A stretch of 63,916 nt of DNA, the filler included, from Reclinomonas americana ATCC 50394 (Eukaryota), in the NCBI GenBank assembly GCA_048213135.1. It is 4 parts of 2 records of this genome, joined end to end, with 100 filler letters (N's around TTAATTAATTAA, not from the genome) between each part and the next. Parts side by side here need not be neighbours in the genome. Positions count along the whole stretch, not along the records: positions 47,981 to 60,247 come from PS015028.1; positions 60,348 to 63,916 come from PS015030.1; 2 more parts are not named here. One strand, 5' to 3'. The translations under genes and the position numbers were made by a program. A model generated the notes under the pieces. It had not been told where the DNA came from. It saw only the letters and a list, made by a program, of their open reading frames with translations, and ran no database searches. This document shows, in pieces, positions 52,354 to 63,916 of the stretch (its first letter is position 1; every line of letters starts with the position of its first letter).

Positions 52354-53615
52354 ACAATAAGAGAAGAAGGCGAACAGAGAGAGAAAGAAGAACGGAGGAA
52401 CAAGTGAGGAAGCAGTGAAGAGAAACCAAGACACAGCTGACAGCTGAGAGAGAGAGAGCGCGCGCGTAAAAAGAAACAACTGAGAGAAGAAGGCGAACAG
52501 AGAGAGAACGAAGAACGGAGGAACGAAGTAACAAAGTAAGAAAAGAAAACAAAGTAGTCGAATAAGAATGCATCGGGACGTTCTTCTCCCAGCTGTTCGT
52601 CTTCTTTCCTGAATCGTCTGCTTCCCTCCCTCTATCTCTCTCTTCTAAAGAAGCAGACGAGGAGCCGGAGACACAATCTCTACTCTCTTCCCCCTCCTTC
52701 CCCTTTCCCTCACTCTCACCTGACACCCATAATGCTCCGCAATCATGTGCTGATACGACTCATCCTCGTCGTACAGGAACACATTGCAAAACGTGCAGAA
52801 CGGATGCGGCTCGATGACATTCAGCGGCCCGTCCTCGTACCCTGCACACGCATCAAGCCACACATCAGCACCTCCTTCTGCTTCTCCTTCTCCGCCTCCA
52901 CTGCCTCACCATCATTCGGCTGCGCATCGCGATGCGATCCCGGATAGTCTCCCTCCTTCTTGTGCCTCTTCAGATTATGCCTCGAGTACAAGCGCTGCTC
53001 CGAGATGAACGCCCTCCGATTCTTCAAGCACTGATCGCAGAAATGCAAATCGTGCTCCTCACGCGCATGCTTCTTCAAGTCATTGAGGTGCCGGAATGGG
53101 CCCGCACCACATCGCCGACACATGATATCGCGCAGACGCAGAATCTCGTCGAGAACACGCGACGTGCGCAGCAGATTGCCTGTGCACACACGCACACACG
53201 GAGACCAAGTCAATGTATGGATCTAAATAAAGACATGTGAAATTGGAATGCAGAAGAGAGACAGAGGAAGGGGAGAAGGAGAGTGGGAAGGAGAGCAGAG
53301 GAAGACGGAGAGACAAAGATAGATTGAGAGTGTGAGAGCAGAGGAAGACGGAGAGACAAAGATAGATTGAGAGTGTGAGAGCAGAGGAAGACGGAGAGAC
53401 ACAAATAGAGAGCGAGAATGTGTTGTGAAATCGAAATGCAGAAGGAGAGTGGGAAGGAGAGCAGAGGAAGACGCAGAGACACAGAGCGAGACATGGGGGA
53501 GAATGAGCTGTCAATTAGGAAGTAAGTGAATATGCAGTTGCAGGCGTGAGATAAGTCAACTTTAGACGCGCCTACTCTGCAGGTAAGTGTGTGAGAGTGT
53601 AAGGGAAATAGAGAG

Positions 53616-53691
<76 letters not shown>

Positions 53692-54530
53692 TACGTACGT
53701 ACGTAGTTNNNNNNNNNNNNNNNNNNNNNNNNNNNNNNNNNNNNNNNNNNNNNNNNNNNNNNNNNNNNNNNNNNNNNNNNNNNNNNNNNNNNNNNNNNNN
53801 NNNNNNNNNNNNNNNNNNNNNNNNNNNNNNNNNNNNNNNNNNNNNNNNNNNNNNNNNNNNNNNNNNNNNNNNNNNNNNNNNNNNNNNNNNNNNNNNNNNN
53901 NNNNNNNNNNNNNNNNNNNNNNNNNNNNNNNNNNNNNNNNNNNNNNNNNNNNNNNNNNNNNNNNNNNNNNNNNNNNNNNNNNNNNNNNNNNNNNNNNNNN
54001 NNNNNNNNNNNNNNNNNNNNNNNNNNNNNNNNNNNNNNNNNNNNNNNNNNNNNNNNNNNNNNNNNNNNNNNNNNNNNNNNNNNNNNNNNNNNNNNNNNNN
54101 NNNNNNNNNNNNNNNNNNNNNNNNNNNNNNNNNNNNNNNNNNNNNNNNNNNNNNNNNNNNNNNNNNNNNNNNNNNNNNNNNNNNNNNNNNNNNNNNNNNN
54201 NNNNNNNNNNNNNNNNNNNNNNNNNNNNNNNNNNNNNNNNNNNNNNNNNNNNNNNNNNNNNNNNNNNNNNNNNNNNNNNNNNNNNNNNNNNNNNNNNNNN
54301 NNNNNNNNNNNNNNNNNNNNNNNNNNNNNNNNNNNNNNNNNNNNNNNNNNNNNNNNNNNNNNNNNNNNNNNNNNNNNNNNNNNNNNNNNNNNNNNNNNNN
54401 NNNNNNNNNNNNNNNNNNNNNNNNNNNNNNNNNNNNNNNNNNNNNNNNNNNNNNNNNNNNNNNNNNNNNNNNNNNNNNNNNNNNNNNNNNTGGTGGAAGG
54501 GGAAGAAGAAGAGGAAGAGGGGGCGGTCAT
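51304..54530 (-). CDS. ZNF598: E3 ubiquitin ligase ZNF598/Hel2 (ribosome quality control); functional RING exon probably in the 53708-54490 gap
   Basis: CRRCGAGPFRHLNDLKKHAREEHDLHFCDQCLKNRRAFISEQRLYSRHNLKRH, HPFCTFCNVFLYDEDESYQHMIAEHYGCQVCD, YFKDHRHLLDHY...HYVCPVGEC...VFSSDFELVAH and a PAH-like RNQAFMRHLREHL...FKEFRNESAKYRRG...WHELVDLLPD together form the ZNF598 domain series. Confidence 0.88.
53291..53480. repeat. Intronic ~43-bp tandem repeat in ZNF598
   Basis: gagagcagaggaagacggagagacaaagatagattgagagtgt occurs 2-3 times in tandem, with a degenerate copy near 53457. Confidence 0.75.
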
Positions 54531-54611
54531 TTCGCTTTGTGAGTGATTTTGGTGATGTTGGTATTTACATAGTGAGACGTACAGAAACGCACAGGTAAAT
54601 ATCTCGTGGAT

Positions 54612-54884
54612 TCACAGGCGGAGGCAACACAGGTCGCACTCGAATGGAGCAGATGCAGTAGTGGTGGCAGGGGAGGAGGACGGGTGCTCAATTTGCTGTT
54701 TACGCACAGCGTGCCACGCACAAACACGCACAAGTGTCTTACTACAAAGTGCAAACGCGTGGTCATGTCCACACGGAAGCACTGCGCGAACAGGCGGGGA
54801 GCGCACTTGGCAGCACAGGTCGCACTCGAATGAAGCAGCTGCGGTGGTGGCCGGGGAAGAAGAAGAGGAAGAGGGGGCGCTCAT
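54612..54884 (-). pseudogene. Degenerate upstream duplicates of the ZNF598 first (RING) exon
   Basis: MSAPSSSSSSPATTAAASFECDLCC...PCGHDHAFALC has several RING ligands missing. A second SSSPATTTASAPFECDLCCLRL* follows. The 5' flank aaatcactcacaaNgcgaaATG is shared with the ATG at 54530. Confidence 0.55.
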
Positions 54885-55122
54885 TTCGCGTTGTGAGTGA
54901 TTTGGAAGCACTCCGGATCCACGCATGATTCATTGGAGCCAAAGAACGAAGAAAACGAAGCGCAGGAAGAAAACGAGAGGCGAGAAATGGCTGCTCATGA
55001 AACACGCATGATCAGTGGAGGCAAAGGGGAGAGGCACACTTGGTAGTAGGTACCAAGGAGAGAAAAAAGAAAGCGAAGTGGGCCGGTAACGCCAACGGAG
55101 CGCTGCTGCGTTTGCAGAAAGA

Positions 55123-57390
55123 TCAGCAAGGCCGGCTCTCACAAACCCCATAGTTACAAAACAAGTTTGAGCAGCAATCGCCATCGCCTCCACAGCTGCC
55201 GCCATTGCCAGTGCACGGCGACACACACATCCCGTAATCGCAAATGCTGTTGCCGCAGCATTCGCCATCGCCTCCACAGCTGCCGCCATTGCCAGTGCAC
55301 GGCGATACACACCTACCGTACACACAATTGTTATCACAGCATTCGCTGTCGCGTCCGCAGCTGCCGCCATCGGGAGTCAGAGTGCACACACACGACGCTC
55401 CGCCGTACGCCGTCGCACACGCCTGCGACACGCTGCACGTGGCCACCACCGTCGTCTTGCCGTACACGCACGAAAGCACCCGACGGCTGTCCGGCGAGCA
55501 CAGCGTCGTTCCGTCGCTCAGCGTGCACACACTGCAGTCCGAACCAGCAAGCCCCGTCGGGCATGTCGGCGGCGCCGCCGGCAGCGCGCGACCAATCGCC
55601 ACCCAAGTCACGTACGTGATGTTGTTCGTGCCCGGATCCATCGTCGAAAACGTCATGCCAGTCGCATACAACTCGTTGCCGACTTGCTTCGTCGAGTACA
55701 CCTTGGACGAGCTCAGCACGTAGTGGTTAATCGCACGAGTGCCCGCCGACTTCCACCCACGCAAGAACAGCTGCGTGGTGACAGTGGCCAGCAGCAAGCC
55801 GTTCGGCGACGCCGGAGTCACAAAGCTGACAGTCTGCGACAGCGTGCTGCTCGTGTGCACAGTCTCTGCGACACACGCGGGAACCACAAAGCCAAGTAAG
55901 CATCACCTCCCTTGCCAATTCACACAGAGGAGACTCACCTCCCGCCACCATGATGAAGCCGCTATTGTTGGTCGCATCCGGTCGCACCGGCGCCACCGCG
56001 AACCGAGCCGACACCGCATCGACACGCGAGTCGCCAATCACAGTGGCCTTGATCAAGAAGTTGGACCGCGTGGCCACGCTGCTCGACAGCACAAACGAGT
56101 CGTCGCGCACTAGCTGCGTGCTGCTGTTCACCGGCTGGCGGTACGTCTGCACGCCCAACAGCGCCACCGGCATGATCGGCACCGACGCGAAGTGATACTG
56201 CGATGAAACGCTGGACAGCTGCGATCCAACAGGGGTGAGCAGCAGACAAGCGCGATGGAGAGCGCAGCGAGAGACGACGCACAGCTGAGAAGTTCTTCGA
56301 GATCGAGTTGGTGGTCCACGCCGTGCTGGACAGAGTGCGCTGGCCGTCCATCGTATACGCATTCGTCTGGTGCACATAGTACGCCAGATAGTCTGTGGAT
56401 GCAGACAGGTCAGCAAAAAGCAAGGACGCGTCGCTGCTACTGCCCCTTGAGTGCGAACGGCGATTACACCCACAGCAATCAATCGGCAGTACAACAAACA
56501 AATGCCACTGTGAAATACTCTCGGTCCACAACGCAACTCAGAAGCACCGACGGGCCTTCACCAGCCGGAACCGCCATCGGACTGAAAGCTGTCGACGCCA
56601 CACCGTAGCACCGCGTGGCAAAGCCGGCCGCATTGAACACTGGCTCCGCGCAGAACGCAAACGTGCCGTCGCTCGCTTCGTCGGCACGGCTGCTTGCCGA
56701 GTTCGTGCAGAATCCAGAGCCACACACATTGTAGCCGGCGAACGCCAGCAGCAGCCGTGGGCGCCGGTGGAATTGACGCGGGAACGTGAACGACACCGAC
56801 TTTTGCGTCAGCGCACGGGTGCTCATGTGCGGAGTCGATTGCGTCTGGATTGGCGGAGGAGCAGCTGGCGTCTCTTGACCACCAGCTTGAGCCATGAAGC
56901 CCGACGAGAACGTTTCGGATGTCGCCACGTACTCCCCATTGTTGGCCGCCACGCACAGCTGCAACGCCGTGCCGCCCGACGAGGCATTCGGAGTGATCGA
57001 CACGCGGAAGAGCCGGCAGCCAGTCTTGTGGATGCATGAATCGGCGCCGACACGAGACAGCGAGCCACCTGTGGCCTCCACAAAGGTCGAGTAGTCGGGA
57101 GTCGACGAGCACGGCAGACCGGCTGCCACCACCTTGAAGCTTGTGCAGTCGGTAAAGTTGAGCGTCGCCGACCCAACCACGACGGCGTTGGCCTGGCCGA
57201 ACTTGAGAATCGGCGGTGCGGCGAATGAGACGTTGGGAGTCGATGATGCAGGGATGATAGTGATGGCAGTCGACTGGAGGCGGTATACCGACGAGCCACC
57301 GGACTGGAACCTGCACGCAACAAGTGTAAGAGTGAGAGAGGGGTGTATGTGTGTATATGTATGTATGCATGTATGTATGGATGTGTGTGC

Positions 57391-57463
<73 letters not shown>

Positions 57464-58498
57464 GTCGTACGTACGTACGTACGTACACCGACACGTAGAG
57501 TACGTACGACCGACGACGGAGGTAGGTACGGACGACGGTCGCGACGACCGACGACGACGACGACGACGACGACGCGNNNNNNNNNNNNNNNNNNNNNNNN
57601 NNNNNNNNNNNNNNNNNNNNNNNNNNNNNNNNNNNNNNNNNNNNNNNNNNNNNNNNNNNNNNNNNNNNNNNNNNNNNNNNNNNNNNNNNNNNNNNNNNNN
57701 NNNNNNNNNNNNNNNNNNNNNNNNNNNNNNNNNNNNNNNNNNNNNNNNNNNNNNNNNNNNNNNNNNNNNNNNNNNNNNNNNNNNNNNNNNNNNNNNNNNN
57801 NNNNNNNNNNNNNNNNNNNNNNNNNNNNNNNNNNNNNNNNNNNNNNNNNNNNNNNNNNNNNNNNNNNNNNNNNNNNNNNNNNNNNNNNNNNNNNNNNNNN
57901 NNNNNNNNNNNNNNNNNNNNNNNNNNNNNNNNNNNNNNNNNNNNNNNNNNNNNNNNNNNNNNNNNNNNNNNNNNNNNNNNNNNNNNNNNNNNNNNNNNNN
58001 NNNNNNNNNNNNNNNNNNNNNNNNNNNNNNNNNNNNNNNNNNNNNNNNNNNNNNNNNNNNNNNNNNNNNNNNNNNNNNNNNNNNNNNNNNNNNNNNNNNN
58101 NNNNNNNNNNNNNNNNNNNNNNNNNNNNNNNNNNNNNNNNNNNNNNNNNNNNNNNNNNNNNNNNNNNNNNNNNNNNNNNNNNNNNNNNNNNNNNNNNNNN
58201 NNNNNNNNNNNNNNNNNNNNNNNNNNNNNNNNNNNNNNNNNNNNNNNNNNNNNNNNNNNNNNNNNNNNNNNNNNNNNNNNNNNNNNNNNNNNNNNNNNNN
58301 NNNNNNNNNNNNNNNNNNNNNNNNNNNNNNNNNNNNNNNNNNNNNNNNNNNNNNNNNNNNNNNNNNNNNNNNNNNNNNNNNNNNNNNNNCGACAACGTAG
58401 TAAGTAAGGTAGTAGGAGAGGGTAGGGTAGGTTAGGTTGGTTGGTTAGTTAGTTAGTTAGTTAGTTAGTTAGTGTACGTAGTAGTGTAGTGTAGTGTG

Positions 58499-58580
<82 letters not shown>

Positions 58581-59874
58581 GACTTACGCAACTTGCCACA
58601 CAGATAGTACACGCCAGGAGTGGCAAGCGTGCACGAGCCAGCAGCAACAGCGCCGAGTGACCCCTGCGCGAATGACGCGCCAGTCGCCACCGAGAAGATC
58701 ACATACTTGCTGGCCGGATCACTGGACTGCAGGCTGACGCTCGAGTTTGCCACCGCTGATCCACTGCACGACGACGAGGCGTACAGGCCGAACACGGCAC
58801 CGCCGCCCAGCTGTCGGTTGGCAAAGTGGTCGCCGGTGACTTTGAGGCTGTATGCGGCCAGGCCATTGACGAGGTCGGTGCCGGTGGATTTCACATCGAC
58901 GGTGACTGTGATGAGAAGAGCAAAAGACAGGTGAGGAAGTGACCCATTTGGAGAGGGCGAGAGAAAGGGAGCAAGATACGAAGGACAGAGACGGGAGCAC
59001 CACCACTACGCAACACACAAACACCGTCGCCACAAACTCGTTGCGGTACGTCGTTCCTCCGGCGCCGTCCAAATCGATGCACAAGTACCGCTCGCCACCA
59101 TTGCCGTCACTGGCGGCCGAGAACGTCAGCGACGTGGCTGTGGTGATGGTGACAATGGACGGGGAGGTGCCCGTGCACGAGCGATCGGTGAACAGGGTGG
59201 CGGTGGTGGTGCCGGGGACAATGGGGATGGGGTTGGAGGCGATGGAGAAGTCGACCTCCTGGCCGGCGACGCCGGCCTTGATGGCGAAGTTGGCGGGAGT
59301 GAGCACTGAATGCAGCAGGGGATTGCGGATGAGCAGAAGGCCACGTCGCACGCATGCATGCAAAAGTGTGGATACATGAACGAAAAGGTGATGAGTGGCC
59401 ACGAGAAGCACAAGATAAATGATGGTCCGGTTCCGAGTGCGTTCGGATATTACACACAGAAGATAAATGTCGGCATAGGTGGAGACAGCGAGGGAGGGAG
59501 GGAGAGAGAGCAAGACCACCGCGAAGGAAACATGCATTTGCGCGCGAAAACAAGGGGGTGTTTGCCATGAAATCGCGCGCGCACAAATTATGTGCAGTCA
59601 GATTCATGACCCTCCTCCGCCTCCTGTCGCATTGCTGACAGAGGGGAGAACAAGCGCAAACACACACAGACACAGAGATGGCAGACAGGGAAGAAGGGAG
59701 ACAGAGGTGCCGAGAGTGTGCATATGTGCAATCCAACAGAAATCTCCCGCGCAATCAAACAACAATCACACAAAAAAGATGTGGACACTCACCTGACGCA
59801 GAGGCGTGAGTGCACAGCAGCGCAAGAGTGGCCAGAGCGAGCAGCAAAACCGCGGCAAGTCGGGAGGCGAACAT
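55123..59874 (-). CDS. Secreted modular protein: signal peptide, beta-rich domains, about three H-type-lectin-like domains, an EGF-like/Cys-rich segment and three knottin-like repeats
   Basis: Exon 1 MFASRLAAVLLLALATLALLCTHASAS is a signal peptide. Lectin-like motifs: KSVSFTFPRQFHRRPRLLLAFAGY, QYHFASVPIMPVALLGV and TVSFVTP...ITYVTWVAIG. The C-terminus has CTGNGGSCGGDGECCGNSICDYGMC-type repeats. Stop at 55123. No TM anchor is seen in the sequenced part. Confidence 0.7.
55130..55390 (-). repeat. Coding tandem repeat (84-bp period) encoding C-x6-C-x5-CC-x3/4-C-x4-C units
   Basis: gccatcgcctccacagctgccgccattgccagtgcacggcga at ~55180 and ~55264, with a third diverged unit at ~55350. Confidence 0.85.
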
Positions 59875-60063
59875 GCTTGCGTTCCTGCAAAAAAAAACAA
59901 GTGAGTGATGAACACAGTCGGGAGGAGAGAGACACTTGACAGCAGAAGCACACTTGAGGCGAGTGTGTGTTTGTGTGTGTGTGTGTGTGTGTATGTGTGT
60001 CTGTGAGGGAGGGAGCTAACTGTTGTTGAGAGTCGGAAGATCAAGACAAGTGAGTATTCCAAT

Positions 60064-60119
<56 letters not shown>

Positions 60120-60291
60120 AGAGAGAAGAGAGAGAGAAGAGAGAGACGGACGAGACGAGAAGAAGAAGAAGAGAGAGAGAGACGACGACGAACGTAACGT
60201 ACGTAGTTACGTACGTAGTACGTAGTACGTACGGACGGACGACGACGNNNNNNNNNNNNNNNNNNNNNNNNNNNNNNNNNNNNNNNNNNNN

Positions 60292-60303
60292 TTAATTAAT
60301 TAA
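60292..60303. other. Artificial scaffold-joining spacer TTAATTAATTAA
   Basis: Same N-flanked 12-mer. Confidence 0.95.
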
Positions 60304-60376
60304 NNNNNNNNNNNNNNNNNNNNNNNNNNNNNNNNNNNNNNNNNNNNTACACGACGTACGACACGACACACACACA

Positions 60377-60413
<37 letters not shown>

Positions 60414-60463
60414 CAGCCTGTTGACTTTCGCTCTCCTTCTCTTCTTCTCATCTCTCTCTTATA

Positions 60464-60919
60464 GGTTCCTTCAGTCAAGATCCGCGACAAAACTCTGTGT
60501 TTGGCTACGCTCCTCGAGAGGTGCGGCGATTCAAGCAGGGCGTGATTGAGGCCGCCGGACCTCCAGTGGGATCGGCGGCTGGTGGGGCGTTTGAACGAGA
60601 GGAGACGAGAGGTGAGATCAGTTGTTTCTGACTCTCTTCTCATTGCAATCACTCTTTGTTTACTCTAGTGCTTGATTCTTGCATGAGCGAGTGCCTCCTT
60701 TCTTTTCTCCCTCGCTCAGCAGTGTCTCCGACTCTCGTGTTCTTCTCGCGGCGATCGCTCTTTGTTCTTGTCTTGCTCTCGTGATTGATTCTTGCATGAG
60801 CGAGTGCCTCCTTTGCCGTTCTCCCTCGCTCAGCAATGTCTCCGACTCTCTTGTTCTCATGGCGATCGCTCTTTGTTCTTGTCCTTCATTCTTCTTCGCT
60901 CAGTGGTTTTCGCTGCTCA

Positions 60920-60968
<49 letters not shown>

Positions 60969-61402
60969 GAGTCTCTCCTCATTGCGATCACTCTCCGTTG
61001 TTCTCTCATGTCTGCTGAACTGCGTTGCCTCCTTTCTTTCCTCTCGTTCTTCCTCACTCAGCAGTGTTCATCTCCGACACACTTGTTCTCATGGCGCTCG
61101 CAATTTGTTCTTGTCTTGCTCTCGTGATTGATTCTTGCATGAGCGAGTACCTCCTTTGCCGTTCTCCCTCGCTCAGCAATGTCTCCGACTCTCTTGTTTT
61201 TCTCATGGCGCTAGCGATCGCTCTTTGTTCTTGTCTTGCTCTCGTGCTTCGTTCTTGCATGAGTGAGTACCTCCTTTCTTTCCTCTCGTTCTCCCTCGCT
61301 CAGCAGTGACTCCAACCCTCTGCTTCTCATGGCGATCGCTCTTTGTTCTTGTTTCTTTCTCCAATGCTTCGTTCTCCTTTGCTCCGTGGTGTTCGCTGCT
61401 CA

Positions 61403-61433
<31 letters not shown>

Positions 61434-63588
61434 GTCTCTCCTCGTTTCGATCACTCCCCTTTGTTCTTGTCTTACTCTCCTGATTGGTTCTTGCATGAGC
61501 GAGTGCCTCCTTTCTTTCCTCTCGTTCTTCCTCGCTCAGCGATGTTTCTGACTCTCTTGTTCTTCTCATGGCGATCGCACTTTGTTCTTGTTTCTTTCTC
61601 CCGTGCTTCGTTCTTATATCCCCGCTCTCTGTTTCTCATGGCGATCGCTGTCTGTTCTTGTCTCTCTGTTGCCTCCTTCATTCTCCTTCGCTCAGTGGTG
61701 TTCGCTGTTCACTCGCTCTCTCTCTCTCTCTCTCTCTCGCTTCTCCGAGTCTCTCCTCATTTCGATCACTCCCCTTTGTTCTTGTCTTACTCTCCTGATT
61801 GGTTCTTGCAGGAGAGAGTACCTCCTTTCATGAGTTCGTGTGGCGATCATCTCGTTCTCCCACCGTCTCTCTTCTTCTCCTGGCGATCGCTCTTTGCTCT
61901 TCTCTCTCTTTTGCCTCCCTTCATTTCGCCTCGTTCTCCCTCGCTTAGCGATGTTCCCTGCTCTGGTTCGATCGCAACTCTCCCTCCTCCGAGCCATCGA
62001 ATCTTCTTCATCAAAAAACCACTTCCTTCCATCCTTTCCCTCCCCCCCTTTTCACATCCCCTTTCCCCAAATCCACAGGCCACTCCACCCCCTCCTCCCC
62101 CCAAGCCGGCGAAATCATCGTTGACATTAGCAGCGCCTCGGTGACCAGCGGCTCCCCCACCGGCCGCCGCCGTCGCGCCGCCCGCGACACCAACGACGTG
62201 GAGTCGGAGGGTGCAGGGCATGTGGAAAAGGTATAACAGAAGAAATCTGCCTTCTCAAGCCCCTCTCTCCCCTCACTTTTCCCCCACTTCCAGAAGCGAC
62301 GTCCGGCCAGCGCAGATCCGGGCCGCCGCTCGAGTGTGGGCCCCCCGACCCTGCACGCCGTCAAACGACAGCGACCGCTCAGTGCGCATGCCAAGCTGCG
62401 TGCCTCGCTCGACGCCTCGGCCATCTCGGCCGGCGGCGCACCGTCGTTGAGCGACTACACGCTCGGCGGCACCACCAACACCACCACGCTGTTCTCGTGT
62501 GGCACGAGCGGGGTGCCGCCGGGGTCAGCGGCGGCAGCGGGACCGACCATGGGCGGCCGCGATTACGACGCACTGGCGCAACTGTGTCAGAAGCTACAAC
62601 GCGATCTGAAGCAGTCGGAGCAGCAGCGGGAGGTGGCAGAGGTGAGTGGAGAAGTGTCGGCCCGCGCTGTGGCGTGTGTGTACTCACCCTGTGCGTTTCC
62701 GCCGCAGGACCACGCCAAGCACGATCTCGCCGTGCAACGCAAGACCATTGACAAGCTGAGAAGAGACAACAAGGAGTATCGCGACATGTTAAAGGTTCGC
62801 CAGAAGGGAAAGAGGAAGGCGGAGGGAAGATGGAAGGGAAGAGGGAAGGGAGGGGTGGAGTGGATGGCAGCAGAATCGAATGCGAAGTTGCACCAAAAGC
62901 AGATTAATGATCCATGCAACAGTGATCGTTTCGTGTTCTTTTTCAAGCCAAGCACCGTCTGGTCACTAGAGAAGCTCTGACTCTCTTTCTCTCACTCTGG
63001 CTCTCTCTCTCCCTTCTCTCTCTCTCTCTCTTTTTCTGGCTCTCTCTCACGCTTTCTGGCTCTCTCTCACTCTGGTTCTCTCTCTCAGTCTCTCTTTCAA
63101 TCTCTCCCTTTCTCTCTCTCTCTCTCACTTTCTGGCTCTCTCTTACTCTGGTTCTCGCTCTCTTCATTCTTATTCATTCGTCCCGCTCTCTTTCTCTCTT
63201 CCTTCTCTCTCTGCCCTTCCACTCTCTTTTCTCTTCCTCCCTCTCTCTCAGTTTCGCCTCATTCTCTTTCTCTCTCTGTGGTGCTCTGCCATTCTGTCTC
63301 TTGCTCTCTCTTTTCTCGCTCTCTCTCTCTCTCTTTCTCTCTGGCTCTCTTCCCCGTCTCTTCGCCCTCTCTCTCTTCCCCCCTCTCTCCCCCTCCCTCT
63401 CTTTCACTGTCTCCCTCTCTTGCTCACTCTCTTGCTTGCTCTCGCTCTCTTCCTCTCTCTCGCTCGCTCTCTCTCTCTCTCTCTTTCTGTCACTTTCTTT
63501 CTCTCTGTCTTCCCCGTCTCCCTCAGTCTCTCTTTTTCTCTCTCTCTCTCTTCCGTTCTCTCTCTTCCATTCTTTCTCTTTCTTTTCT

Positions 63589-63628
<40 letters not shown>

Positions 63629-63916
63629 TAGTCTCTCTCTTCCCCCCCAATCTCTAGTCTCATTTTCTCGCTCCATTCTCTCTTCCCCTTCTCTTCCCCC
63701 TTCTCTCTCCCTTCTATCTCTTTCTCTCTCCCCCTTTCCTCTCTCTCCCCCCACCCACAGATCGACAAAAACTCCGGCAAGTCCGCCCTCACCCTCCAGC
63801 GCGAGGCCATGAAGGAGGCCTCCCAGATCGTGCAGCTGCAAAAGCACGCAGAGAACTGCGTACGCAGCTCGACAAGGAGACCGCCAAGAACCTCGAGCTG
63901 CAAGCGCGGCTCGACC
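60464..63916 (+). CDS. Partial multi-exon coiled-coil protein of unknown family (both ends outside the scaffold/window)
   Basis: Approximate exons 60464-60611, 62079-62231, 62294-62641, 62708-62794 and 63761-end. They encode a disordered RPxSA-containing region followed by heptads (DYDALAQLCQKLQRDLKQSEQQREVAE|DHAKHDLAVQRKTIDKLRRDNKEYRDMLK). Confidence 0.55.
60620..61990. repeat. Intronic minisatellite, ~110-bp basic unit with higher-order blocks containing (TC)n
   Basis: Variants of gcgatcgctctttgttcttgtcttgctctcgtgattgattcttgcatgagcgagtgcctcctt...ctcgctcagca recur. tcttgcatgag appears at ~60677, ~60790, ~61133, ~61254 and ~61489. Confidence 0.85.

Noticed and set aside
57462..57576. tacg/acg/gtac-type repeats beside gaps (also ~33005-33105, 53688-53708, 58391-58495, 60180-60247)
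   Set aside because: They always follow long microsatellites at contig ends and resemble pyrosequencing flow-order (TACG) noise, so they are probably artefact.
9536..58435. Many long ORFs in the track spanning N runs, or rich in ER/SL/HT/CV dipeptides, or antisense to GC-rich exons
   Set aside because: These are artefacts of gaps, microsatellites and shadow frames.

Overview
Intron-rich eukaryotic (protist-like) draft assembly with GC-rich exons, microsatellite-filled introns and many N gaps. Three N-TTAATTAATTAA-N spacers (30079, 47925, 60292) show the window is four concatenated scaffolds, so adjacency across them is not biological. Genes reconstructed by eye from exons and GT-AG sites: a TmcB/TmcC-like multipass membrane protein (1-4882, -), complex I subunit NDUFA8 (6316-7493, -), NBAS/Sec39 (8612-29119, -), the 5' part of SEC22 (30681-30912, -), rotatin RTTN (32779-47699, +), a PARP-fold plus coiled-coil protein (47981-50397, -), ZNF598/Hel2 (51304-54530, -), a secreted protein with H-type-lectin-like domains and tandem knottin-like repeats (55123-59874, -), and a partial coiled-coil gene (60464-63916, +). 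RTTN and NDUFA8 imply a centriole/flagellum-bearing, aerobic organism; I cannot identify the species. Most notable: purine-5'/pyrimidine-3' polarised introns, degenerate tandem arrays upstream of genes, a possible ZNF598-PARP-fold read-through, a triplicated ZNF598 5' end, and the lectin-knottin protein. I saw no rRNA, tRNA, CRISPR array or transposase. All family assignments come from remembered motifs, not database searches.
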